NCBI GenBank assembly: GCA_965202585.1
Contig: OZ241829.1
Span: 72,726,001-72,790,000, forward strand
Source of the DNA: Thalia democratica
Taxonomy: Eukaryota
DNA: 64,000 nucleotides
Direction of reading: 5' to 3'
The stretch's first letter is position 1. Each line of letters opens with the position of its first letter. Shown here piece after piece: positions 35,619-47,894 of the stretch. Both the position numbers and the translations under genes were made by a program. The notes under the pieces are model-generated. The model did no database searches, was not told where the DNA came from, and saw nothing but the letters and a program-made list of their open reading frames with translations.

Positions 35619-36134
35619 TACTAATTAAATAAAAATTTAACTATATTTTGTCATGCTGGTCATAATAATGAATATTATAGCTCTATTTATCCATAAACAA
35701 TTTTAAAAGTTATTAGTTTCAAATGAATTCATGTTCGAGCAATAAGTTATTGATAACGACTTTATTAGTTTACATTTTTGCTGAAATTTCATAGATTCAG
35801 CATTCATTATTTTTTTTACATTTTTTTTTTTTTGAACTTTTATCGTTTAAAGAACGGTTATCAGTGTTTAAATTCTGAGCAAATTTAAATGAAAGATATA
35901 TTTTCTATAAGTTTTTTAAAAAATGCATAAATAGTTTTATATAAATAGCTTTTATATAACTTAACGAAATTTATGAAAAAAGAAAAATACTTTTCAAATT
36001 TATTTATACTTTTTAGATACTGAATAATTGGTGTTGTTGCTTGAATTTTATCAAATTTATTTAATGAATATATTTCATTTAATAGCATATTTTAGTTTTA
36101 AGTTGCAAGTCAATAGTATAGTATAAATGTTAAA

Positions 36135-37241
36135 ATGATAAAACTTGGAATTCGTTTTGATGTCAGTTTGAACAAAGTTATTTTGGGTGTAGCCAGTATA
36201 TCTGCTAAAGTTTGTGTACTTCAGTATTTTTCTTCTAAAAACGGTAGACTAAAAGGTTTTTAAAGACTGAGTTTGTAAAAAACGGAAAGAGTTCAAGAGT
36301 AACAATAAAGTGTCAAGTTTTATTATATCAAAACCTACAGTTAATTTCAATTTTATATACATAAATCAGCTATAAATGAGTTCTAAAACTAAAAAACTGA
36401 AAATGGTTTATAATTATTTACAGACAAAAGTAAAACTTTAAATCTTTGTAACAAATATTCAGAAAGTTCTCTGTTCTTGAAAATAAAATAAATTTCAAAT
36501 GTAAAAGGTCTGTATCGTAAAATAATCTAAATCCTTTTTAGTCCAGATTCGAACTGTGAAAATTTAATTTCAAAATCTTATTTAAATTTTTAAAAGTTAA
36601 TATTAAAAACTGGTTGAAATCTGAAAATTCTATCGCAAAAATCGATTTAAACTGTGAAAAGGCAATCTAAAAAACTAATTCAAAATGTGAAAATAAGCCT
36701 CAAAAGCTGATTCAAATTGTGAATAGCCAATCTGAAAATCTAATTAAAACTGTAGAAAGTCAAACTCAAAATGTAATGAAGCCAAAGAAAATATCAATGA
36801 TGGTAGTCTATTAGAATTGAAACATTAAAGTATAAAAGTTCTTGACAAGAAAGTTAGCTTGGGAGCTAATGCAAGTATTTCTAATGACAACCTGCAATAT
36901 GTTAAGGAAAAGTCTAAAGCGTCTAAAAAAGAGCCGGAAAACAATAAAGTTACAAATCTTCGTAATGATATAAATGAGCAGCAAAATTTATTAACAAATG
37001 TCTTAAAACTCATAAATGATAAACATAAAAATCATGTAAACAATGTTGGTCAGTTGGAGACAGATATTTTAGTTGTTTTATTGTGCAATAAACATCCAGT
37101 TGTCTAAATAAAGTTAATGAAGATATAAATAAACAAAAGTGTAATGAAATTTTGAAACAGTTTCATCAAAATTATTTTAATTTACAGCTAAAAGATTGAA
37201 AAAAAGCTTATAATTCTTTAAGACATAAAAGCGAGTTAGAT
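36135..37241 (+). pseudogene. Array copy E, heavily decayed and 3'-truncated (A/B-like)
   Basis: Leader MIKLGIRFDVSLNKVILGVASISAKVCVLQYF ends at codon 43. 11-aa repeat remnants at ~36540-36780. ORF 36859-37107 has NNKVTNLRND. Homology is lost after the QLKD*KKA segment. Confidence 0.88.
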
Positions 37242-38311
37242 ATTTAAATGAATATTATAAGATTTTGACAAAAAATTTTTATAATTAAGTTAGACTTTCA
37301 AATTTTTTTTTTTAAAGTATTAGCAACAATTACAAAAATGTTTATTTGTTTAAAACAAATTAGATGAACTGTATTTTTTTTAATATACAACGTTTTCTAT
37401 TTACAACGAATTCAAAAAAAAATCATTTAAAACAAGTGCTGCATTAGTGTTAAAAATTTATTTTTGTAAGATACTCTTACTTTTAGTTTTTATTTAAATA
37501 AACTATTTTAATAGTTTATTAATTAAGAAACCTGAACTTTTTAAGAATGAATTTTACGCTCAAGTATAAGGTAATAAAAAAAAAACATATAGTCTTAGTT
37601 AAAATAATTAAAAACATACAACTTAGATATTGTAGAACTAAACAGTGTTACACCAGCTTTCTGTTAATTCATCTTAAATTTTGCTGATAACACTTTTATG
37701 TTATCAAATTTTCTCAACCTAGTTGCTCTGTTGCTTTAGTGATCATTCAGCAAACTACTTTTTAACTGTTTTACATCGACAATTATGTACTCACAAAGGA
37801 TGATTAAATTGTAAAACAAATAATAAAAGTAAACTTGGACTTGTTATAATTTTGTTTTTCTTTAAACTTGTTTGTTTCCTTTGTTGTTTAAACTTTACCC
37901 TCGAATTGCAGTTTTTTTTGTCGACACTTTAATTATTGATAGCAGTGGCTTCGCGTGGTCTTTTTGTTAAGGAATGATGCAGATTGACATTGTTAAAGTA
38001 AAAAATATCCTAGATTAAAACATTTAGATTTAAATCATAAAGGTAATAAGAAGAAAAAGCAAATTTTTCAGAATAATTGATGAACATGTATTTATGGTTA
38101 AATAATAAATAAATATAAAAAACTAAAAACACATATCTCATACCCATGTATATCATCAACCTTTCTTAACAACTGTAAATACTTTTATTTTATTTATGTC
38201 GATGTAAGTTTGTGTATTTGCAGAATTATAAATTTACTAATTTACTTTATGACTTGTCTAACTAGTAATAAAAAACAAAAAAATGCAAGTAACTTTAAAA
38301 AACGATGTTGG

Positions 38312-38764
38312 CCCTGCTTGAGTTTTTCCTGTTTAAGTTATTCCTGCTCGAGTTGCCCCTACTCGTATTTTTACTGCTCGAGTTGCTCCTGCTCGAGTTT
38401 TCCCTGCTTGAGTTGCCCCTGTTCGAGTTGTTCCTGCTCGAGTTTTCCCTGATCGAGTTTTCCTGCTTGAGTTGCCCCTGCTCGAATTTTTCCTGTTCGA
38501 GTTAAACCTGCTCAATTTGCATTTGTTCGAGTTTTCCTTGCTTGAATTGTCCTGCTCGAGTTTTCATTGTTCGATTTTATTCCTTTTCGAGTTACCCCTG
38601 ATCAAGTTGTTTCTACTCGAGTTTCTCCTGCCCGAGTTTTCTCTGCTCGAGTTTTCTCTGCTCGAGTTTATTCCTTCTCGAGTTTTCCCTGCTTGAGTTT
38701 TCTCTGCTCGAGTTTTACCTGCTCGAGTTTTTTCCTCCTCGAGTTTCTTCTGCTCGAGTTCAAC
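38312..38764. repeat. 15-bp minisatellite, about 30 degenerate units (consensus CCTGCTCGAGTTTTC)
   Basis: Regular CTCGAG-centred periodicity. It explains the cluster of overlapping low-complexity ORFs at 38210-38803. Confidence 0.92.
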
Positions 38765-38986
38765 TTGTCTTTTTGCCCTCGTTTTGTAGTAAAGTTTTAA
38801 CAATGATCATGATATAATTCACATGGTTCTGAAAGTTCATGCAGCTCAAGAACTTAACTTTTCATCATTTTTTGTATTGAAAACTTGTAAAAATTTAAGA
38901 TGCAGCTGACACAGATTGAGCTTGCAGCTCTATCGTTACGAACATTTTTAACATCAAATACAAAAGTTAAAAAAAAACTAATTTAG

Positions 38987-39279
38987 CAGGGATGTTAACG
39001 ACGTTCATGTACACTATTGGCTGTATTTTTTGTAAAACTTCATGATAATATAACTTCCTTATTTTCATATACAATTCTTTTCATATCATTTTCTCAGCTC
39101 TATTCCTCAGCTTTAAAATAAAGTTACTTTAACGTAGTTTGGTGTTGTACAGCTGAAGCAGGAGCCCATTTAAAGCAGCGTGTTTAAAGGCTTAAACTCT
39201 AAAATAAATTAAAAAAATTAGCATTATTTTTTATTTTTTAGCTGGAGCTGCAGCTCCAGCGTTCCACGCGACGTCCCTG
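38987..39279. mobile_element. Possible small hAT-like MITE containing a perfect 20-bp palindrome
   Basis: Ends CAGGGATGT / ACGTCCCTG (8 of 9 match). GCTGGAGCTGCAGCTCCAGC at 39241-39260. No TSD found. Confidence 0.4.
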
Positions 39280-42200
39280 GTTGATAGTATCTTGTTGAGT
39301 TTAACTTCTCTTGTGTCTATTTTAGTCAATTCTTTAGCTAATGGAGGTTTTTCTTATGTTTAAGCAACACAAATTATGAGGATCTCTTTTTAAATATAGC
39401 TAGTTTCTTCTTGTTGTCTGATTTTACAACTACAGTTGATACTTTATCTTCTGATTTTTCATTGTTAGTTTTATTATTATTTATACCAGAGAGCCATACA
39501 CATCTAAAGTAAACTCATTTACTTTGTGTAAAATTTGCTTTAGTATTAATCGGCTGTAGAATATTTTCTAAACTTTAAATTACTTCACATGCAAAGTTTG
39601 TTTTTTAGTGATTATTTTAAACATGTAGCTTGATAATATATGAAGCAGTTTTTTATTTCTTATATTCTAACCTTGCTTTTTTACCATGAAACCTACCAGC
39701 TTTTAATTTCTCCTGTTGATAAATAGCTTCACAATATTTTAACGTTAAATGCTTTATTAATCATGATTGAACATACTTTTCTTTAGAGGTCAGTTTAATT
39801 TGTTTTCAGTTCATTTTATCAAAAGAAATTAGAAACTTTCTACACTAAGACCTTTTGAATGATCACACCTTATAAAAAGCTATATTTGACATTGTTATTA
39901 TATAAACAATGTAAACATTAAACGTAGTATGACCCTACACTGTAAGTAAGGGTTGGGTGAAGTTTTTAGTTTTTATCTGCCGGAACATTTTATTTCAGTT
40001 CTATTTTAATTGGCGAAATTACCAAAATGTTTATTTTGTTTTGAAAAACTCTATGTGAACTTTTAATACTGTATTTTTCTATTGTATATTCTCTTAAATT
40101 TTACCTTAAACCATTTTTTATCTTTATTAAAAATTCCAAATAGTAAAAATAGTATTAATAATTTGATTAAGCAAACAAATTTTATGCTTGCGGAGAGCAG
40201 TTTTTACTATTGCGGAAAAATTTTGTAAATATTGGCTTAGCGATCGTTTTCACTATTGTGTAGTAATTCTCTGATTTATAGATAATTAAAGAATACTTTT
40301 CTTTATTAATCGGATGTATTTTTTAAAACTGTAGTTGAACTTTATAATGCGCTTTACCTACATGCAGCGGTAGACCATCTTTATAAGGAAGTTCTATAAA
40401 AAATTGAAAATACATTGTTCATATTACTTTTTATAAAATTTAATTATTAAATTTGTTTTAAATCCAATGACAGAATAGACATAATTTATAAAGTATTAAT
40501 TGTTTTTATTATATATTAAATATATTAATTTTATGTAGCTAAAAGCACGTCAATGGCAAAGTTTTTTCGATTTCGACTATTAAAAGAAATTTTTTAAGTT
40601 AATATCAAAATAGGTTTATAGTTAATCTACTGTTAAAATTTAGTTTCTTTTAAGAAAGTTAATTTTAAACATTTACTTAAGCAGTTTGATAAAGATATTT
40701 AAACCAGTACATTAAGTTTTATTTTTTATTTTTCATTTTATATTTATTTTTTCAACTTATTATAAAAATAACAACAAAATAGAAAAAGAAATAAAAAACT
40801 TAATCAAATTACATTAATTGTTAGACTTTTTCCTTAGAAATAAATTGCAAATTTATTGAACTGTTAAATTTAAGTTTTTTACTTTTATAAAAAACCATTC
40901 AAGGCTGTAAAGCGTTTATGAAAACGTGATTATTTATAAGTAACTATATGTTAAGTTAGCGTAAAAATGTTCATAATTTGAATTTTTGTTATATAAAAGC
41001 TTGTTTCAGGTTATTTTTTTTAAACTACTAAATTATTTGTAAATTGAGACTTTGTAAATTTGTAGAGTAACAAGACTTTTTAATTTTGCGGTATGTTTTT
41101 CCTTGATTGTTTTATTCTTACTCTGAGCTGACAATTGTATATATACAAGCGTTTTTTTGTTACTGACTTTTATTGTATTTATTTGATGCTTCGAACGCAA
41201 ACTTTGCTTGTGACGTAACATGACATTATTTTAGTAACAACTTAAACATCACGTGTTAATTGTTGTAATGTTATTTTATTACTTAAGTAGAAATTACAAC
41301 CTCATCCTTTTTATTTTTATGGTGTAACAGTCCATTTGTTAGAAAACAATTTACTGTATTTTGTCATTTATTTGCAGTGTATATTTATCTTCGGTATTAT
41401 GAAGTTAAATTTTATTCAATTAACGATAACAACTTTAGGCGGCAATTACAAAATCCTTCTTATATTTCGTATTTTGAAAGTTTATTTTTTTTCAACAAAT
41501 ATTATTTATTATGTATGATTGTTTGAAGGTTTTTTTGTCGTAAGTAAATACCTTTTGCAGCTAAAAAGTAAAATAGTTTTATTCATTGTTAATTCGAAGC
41601 TTTTCGTCTTATTTCCATAAAACTATCTACATTTATTAAAATTTCAAATCTAAAATATCTTTTGTTTACGTCATAATATTACAAGTTACAAACTTATTGC
41701 AAAATTAACCACTCTTGATATAGTTTTATGGAAGTAAGACGAAAGGTCTCGAATTAATAATGGATAGAACTATATTAAAATTTATTTCATTTTTTATTTT
41801 CCCCACAATAAAAGGGAAGAGGAACCTTTTTTTTAATGTGGGTTAACACTGAAAAGTCTTTTGTGGGCTCGACTTCTTAAAAAGAAATTATTGTAGGCTC
41901 AGTAATTTGATATATTTTCTTTAAACTTTGAAACACTTTTAAAAGCAGAACTGTACTAAAATATTTGTTTTCAAATTAAAATTTATACTGTTTGTTAATA
42001 AAAAGGTCTACCTGAATTGTTTCCCCAACTTGTTAACTAACTAAAAATTAGATCTGATTAACTTATCTTATAATATATATTATAAAAATAAACTTACCTA
42101 AAAACTGAAAAAGTAGTATATGACGTAACAATAATTTTTCGACTTTGCGGTCAGTTTTTTCCGCAATTTTTTGTACTTATTCTCAACTGTCAACTGTGTA

Positions 42201-43217
42201 TATAAGCGATGTTTTTGATTGGACTTTTTTTGTTTATTTTACACTTCTTTAAATATTGTAAAGATGTAGTCTATCATAATAAACCATTTTTTATTTCTTT
42301 AATTCATTTTTCATTGCTTTAAAGTTATAACTATAACTGCTTTAGACTGTGTACAAATTTCAAGTTTTACTGTTTCCGATAATTGTTGTATTTCAATGAG
42401 TATTATCATCTTAATGAACGGTTTATAATTAAAATTTTTGTAATTTCTATAGCAACAGTAAAGATAAAAATAATTTTTAAATCGTAGTTTATTCTTGAAA
42501 TTGTAATGTGCTCGATAGACAACGGACAAAACTTTTTTTTCTAAATTATAAAGCTACCTGTTTTATCGTAGTTTTTAAAAAAGTCTTATTGTATAATATT
42601 ATGATATAACTTTTAAAAAAAATTTCATAAAATGTTACAAAATTTATTACTAATATCTTTTTTAGGTGCTGAAGACCTAACTTTTAAGCATCAGATAAAG
42701 GAAAACACAATGCCGTTATATATAAATTAGGTTAGATATTGGTGATTAAATATTTTTGTGTAGCTTCTATTATTTTTAATATTTCAGGAAGGACCCACGA
42801 ATTTTTCAGAATGTATTTTTACACAATTTTCAAAAATTCTTACAAACTATTTACTTACCAATAATGAAGAACTTCTCCAACAGTTGGCTCGTTATCTGAT
42901 AATTTTTGTTGGATGTGTGGATACGAATACCCTCCGGCCGAACCTTAATTTTTAAATTGGTTCGAATACGCTAAATAAATAACTAAAATTCCAAGTATAA
43001 AAGATCCAATCGAAAACCAGTTCATAATAACATAATTAGTAGTTTTATATTAAGTTTCATTCTTCGTACCATTTTCAAGATTGAATTGTAAAAAAGTACA
43101 ATAAATTTTAATAGCTTTATGGCGTTAGTAAATGTGATTTAAAAAAGTTTTTTTCATTATGTAAAAGAATGTTTTTTCTAAACTATGTAAAGGAGTGAAA
43201 CCATTATTAACTACTTT

Positions 43218-43372
43218 TACGTCACAGGTCAGTTAAATCATTGACGTCACACTGAAGCCTCATTGAACCAACAATGACGTCACACCGAAGCCTTATTGAA
43301 CCAATAATGACGTCATTAACAGTTAAATCATTGACGTCACACTGAAGCCTCATTGAAACAACAATGAAGTCA
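43218..43372. promoter_or_regulatory. Tandemly amplified CRE (TGACGTCA) cluster
   Basis: Perfect sites at 43242, 43275, 43308 and 43332; variants TTACGTCA (43218) and TGAAGTCA (43365). Built from a 33-bp unit, TGACGTCACACTGAAGCCTCATTGAACCAACAA. Confidence 0.6.
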
Positions 43373-46300
43373 TTGAACAGTTAGCTGAGTATGAACTCTT
43401 TCAACTGACTGTACTTATGTAGTTTTTTGTTAAATATAAGCTATACTTTTTGAAAATAAACATAAAAATTGTGTACAAGTTGATTATACTTTAACTAAAA
43501 AATTTTAAAACATGATTAAAACTTTTTTTTTAAAGTTTCAGAAAAATTTCAAAAGGCATTTAGTAAATATAGTTGTGTACAATTTATCGTTAAAGTTTTG
43601 ATTAAAATTTTTTATTGCAGGTTCATTGACCGGAGGTTGTGCTGTGAAAGTTATAAAAAACACCAGAGTGTTGTGAATCATCAGGAGTATGGCGTTATCT
43701 GCAAACAAAATTTTCATACTTATTATTTGGAGTTAAATTGAAGAAATACATAAGCAATTGTCACTACTGTTCTTAATACTTCATATTAAGAAAATAATCA
43801 AAAAAAAGGGAATTCAATATGCTTTTTTTAAATCCTTCCAATTTTTTTTTTTTCATAAAATTAACAATAATGAACAGAAGTGCTAATAATAATTACTTTA
43901 AACAATTTTTTATGATGAAATTAAAGATACTTAAGTGTAAAACTTACAATGTTGTGTTTTGAAAAATTATTTGTGTAGTATAACTGAAAATTTTGAACTG
44001 TAACAAAACTTTGTATAAAATAAAAAATTACTTACTAGCAATAAAAACTTTGTTACAAACTAAATAAAGTTAAATAACAAAAATAATACTGCATTCATTT
44101 CACTTTTAAACACCTTTTTATAAGACTTTTTTTATGTATTTGTTTTAACTGTGAATAATGTTATATGAATTTTTATAGCAAAAACTTTTTTTTGACCATA
44201 AAATTGTCAAAAAATAACAAAAAAAGTATCAATTCTAAGTTTTTTTTTTGTTTTTTCTAACGTTGTTATTTATTTCTAAGCATTATTTTTTCTTAGCTTT
44301 TTTTAACTCTTAAGTGGACATGATTGTATATATTTTTTATATTTTAAGACAGCTTTACCATGTTTATAAAACATCAGTTATGCTAACAAAATATCTAATA
44401 TAAAATATTATCTAATCTCATTTTTAAAGTTTGTTAGAATCTGATTAAAATAATTTTCAAAATTTCTATGTACATTTGTTTTTATTGTTATTGGTCCTTT
44501 AACCTTTTCGAAAATTATACATTTATTGTTGTTGGTGTATTGTGTGTTGTTATTAATGATTTATAAGTTTTCAAATCTTTTATTTTATCTGTTTCAAAAA
44601 TAATCATTTAATTTTTACAATTGAGTCATTATAGATTAGGTCAATGCAAACTAATGACATCGAACGGTTTTTAATAAAAGTAATTATTTTTAATAGCATT
44701 AATAAGTTTATAAAAAATAAATTGTATTAGGAAGTAAATAGGTTGTATCATTACTATATAACTTTTAGAAATTTATTAAAAGCTAATAATAAAGTTTAAA
44801 ACACACTTTATGTCTAATTAAAAAAGAAAAAATATACTTTAAAGTTTTTTTTATTTTAAGTTTTTATAAATACGCATACTAATCAAATTTATGGATTTTA
44901 AACGTTTATAGTATTAATTGTAACTAGTTTAACTTTAAGCTTGTTAGTTTTTCACTTTTATTATTAAGTTATTGCTTTAAAGTTTATAAGTAGAGAATAG
45001 TACTATAATTGAATTATTTAAAAGTAAAATCTTTTAAAGTTCATTTTAACAAGTTATATGATTTCCCATTAATTTTTTATATGACAACTTTTAGCTTTGA
45101 ATATAATAAAAAGAAAGTAAAGGGTTTTAATAGCGATACTCATCAACATTTTAAAAACTGTTTTTTGTATAGCTTAGTAGACAATAAACCATGTTGTATG
45201 AAAGACTTAACATTTTGTTTTAGTTTTTATAACAAATTTTGTAACCTTTGACTAAAATACTCTAAAATACTCAAAAAAAAAAAAGTTACTATAAACACTT
45301 GTTATCTTTTGAAATTTAGGTCTTCAGTTTTTTAAAGAGCTTAACATCAAATTGTGACTTTAAATGATAAGTTTTTAGTTAAAGTTTACTAACGTATAAA
45401 AAAACTTACATTTTACTCAATTTAAAAAATTAAATTAAATGAAGTTTTAAGAATGACTTTGAAATAAATTTAATTGTTAAATTTATTTGAGAAAAAATAA
45501 AGTTTTAACATTTGAACTTTTTGATCATTTTTATTTTAAACTAACTATCAAACATTTGGTACAAATTATTGCAATAATAGTTTTTAAAAAGTAAAATTAC
45601 ACTTACAACTAAATATATTACTTACTTTAACTTAAATAGAAAGTTTAACCACTTTTTTCAGTGAATAATATTAAAAAAATTTGTTCAAACAAAACAGCTT
45701 TTAAATAAAATGAAGTTTTAAAAAATTTAAAAACATAGTTTTTTGTAGTCCACATTTGTTTGATATGAAAGTTAGATAATGACGTTATCTCTATGTTTTA
45801 AAGAAGCCTAGGTATTCTACCAAAACGCTTTAAAATATATTTTTATTAATCAATAAATAAGGTACACTAACCGATAAGATACCCAATAAAATTCTTGTAT
45901 AATTTGTTCAAGAGACTTTTAATGAAGTTCATGGTGTTTTTTTACAAATTAAAATAAATCAGAAAATACAATACATCTTGCTATAAATTATCTTTTATGT
46001 TTATTATAATTCTATTTTTTTTTAAAAAGATTAATTGTATATAAATATTTTATACACAAACTATTTTAAACTATTAAGTAGATGTGAAAAATTATTAGCT
46101 TTTTTGTAAGTTTATAAAAATGCTGGTATATGAAAGCAAGTTAATACTTGATATTCCTTAACCTAAATATGTACCCTAGTTAGCTTATTATTACGAACAA
46201 ACTACAACATAAATTAATATTTTGTAATTTAAATATGAGTATTAAATAGGTTTAGATATTCGTTATACTTAAACACAAAAAGGTACTCTGCTTTGCTAAA

Positions 46301-46478
46301 CTTAAAAATAAACTTTTACAGTTTTATTTTATTTTAAATATTTTTATCGGAAATAAATACTAGCTTACGTCTTTATTTAAAAGTTTTTAAAAGTTTTATC
46401 GTTTTTCTTGTAACGTTTTACTTAAACGAGTTAATTAACAATTTAAATTACAGGTGAGTAGTTAGTGAAGTTAGTAAA

Positions 46479-47894
46479 ATGATAAAAGTTCGATTAAGTT
46501 TTGATGTCAGTTTAAGCAAAGTTATTCTGGGTGTAGCTGGTATATCTGCTACAATTTGTGCATTTCAGTATTTCACTCCAAAGAACAATAAACTAAAAGG
46601 CTATTTGAAATATAATGTTGTACAAAATAAAATAGACTTTAAGAAAGACAATAAAATGTCAAGTTTAGTTTCTGCAAAACCAAACGTTGAGCCCAAACTC
46701 ACTAAGGATAAATCTGCTAAAGATGACACCATAAACAGCAAACCTGAAAACAGCTTAGATAAATTTCAAACTCAAAGTAAAGGCTATATATGTTTTAGTA
46801 AACCAGTCTTCAGAAAAAGATCAAATTCTAAAGGTGAATACAATTTAAACTGTGAAAGATCAATCTCAAAGTCTGATTTAAACTGTAAAAGACAAATCTT
46901 AGAAAAGGAAGCTTACAAAGCGAGTATTAACAAAGAAAGTTTAAACCTATTGGTAGAAAAAAGTGTTAAAGTTCTTAACAAAAATGTTAATTTGAGATCT
47001 AATAAAACTACTTCTGATGACAACTTGCAAGCTATTGGACAAAAATCTAAAATGTGTAGAAAAAACGAGCCTGTTAATGAAAAAAGTCCAGACCAATTAA
47101 AAGAAGAAAATATAAATGTTCTTGATAAGGAAAATAGCTTAGAAGCTGATACAAGTATTTCTAAAGACGATTTGCAAACTATTGAGGAAAAATCTAAAGT
47201 AGATATTAAAAAATTGCTTGTAATTGAAGAAAGCCCAGACCATTTGAACGATGAAGTTATAAAATTTCTTGACAAGAAAGCTAGTACAAAAGGTAATACA
47301 AGTACTTCCAATGATAATTTGCAAACTTATAAAATTAAGCCCAAAGTGGATGATAAAAAGAAGCCTGAAAATAATAAAGTTACAAAACTTCGTAATGATT
47401 TAAATCAGCAGCACAAGTTATTTGTAGACACTTTGAAATTAATAAATGATGAACTAAAAGAGCTGAAGAATGACCTTGGTCAATTGAACAACATTATTTC
47501 CATTGCTTCATTATATAATAAAATATTGAATCGTAAAATGGAAATCCTTGAAATTTTGAATAAACAAAAATGTAATGAACGCTTGAAACAGTTTATCTCA
47601 AATATTTTCAGTATACAGCTAAAAGTTTGGAAAAAAGCCAGTAACCGTTCGATACTTTATGGTAAAAATACTATTGAAAGAAATAAAAACATTATTGATA
47701 TGTTTGCAATTGTAGAGGCTATTTTATCAAATATTAAGGACTTATTTACGACAACTTTAAAAAGAATTAGCTTTATGCTGAAGTATATGGATGAAATAGA
47801 CAAAAACAAAACAATTATTATCTATTATACACTAGAAAAGCTTAAAAAGGATGATGATGAATGTCAAAAGATGTGTTTAAATACATTGCGGTAA
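46479..47894 (+). CDS. Array copy A2, 471 aa, shortened by one premature TAA (homologous frame continues to 48026)
   Basis: cgg TAA ttt gca aac aligns with tgt GAA ttt gca aac in A1. 43 further sense codons (FANLNSSL...SYRILVEDQKK*) match the family C-terminus. Three 49-aa repeats. Confidence 0.75.
   Translation: MIKVRLSFDVSLSKVILGVAGISATICAFQYFTPKNNKLKGYLKYNVVQNKIDFKKDNKMSSLVSAKPNVEPKLTKDKSAKDDTINSKPENSLDKFQTQSKGYICFSKPVFRKRSNSKGEYNLNCERSISKSDLNCKRQILEKEAYKASINKESLNLLVEKSVKVLNKNVNLRSNKTTSDDNLQAIGQKSKMCRKNEPVNEKSPDQLKEENINVLDKENSLEADTSISKDDLQTIEEKSKVDIKKLLVIEESPDHLNDEVIKFLDKKASTKGNTSTSNDNLQTYKIKPKVDDKKKPENNKVTKLRNDLNQQHKLFVDTLKLINDELKELKNDLGQLNNIISIASLYNKILNRKMEILEILNKQKCNERLKQFISNIFSIQLKVWKKASNRSILYGKNTIERNKNIIDMFAIVEAILSNIKDLFTTTLKRISFMLKYMDEIDKNKTIIIYYTLEKLKKDDDECQKMCLNTLR

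Noticed and set aside
38312-38764. CRISPR-like periodicity (also the CCGGATCCGG repeats at 32100-32330)
   Set aside because: The units are contiguous or separated by near-identical AT spacers, there are no unique spacers or cas genes, and the context is eukaryotic.
15500-47894. Alternative genetic code (TAA = Gln) or programmed readthrough explaining the in-frame TAAs
   Set aside because: TAA replaces CAA/CGA, GAA and TGG at different sites, and homologous genes end at TAA or TAG at matching positions. Ordinary nonsense mutation fits better.
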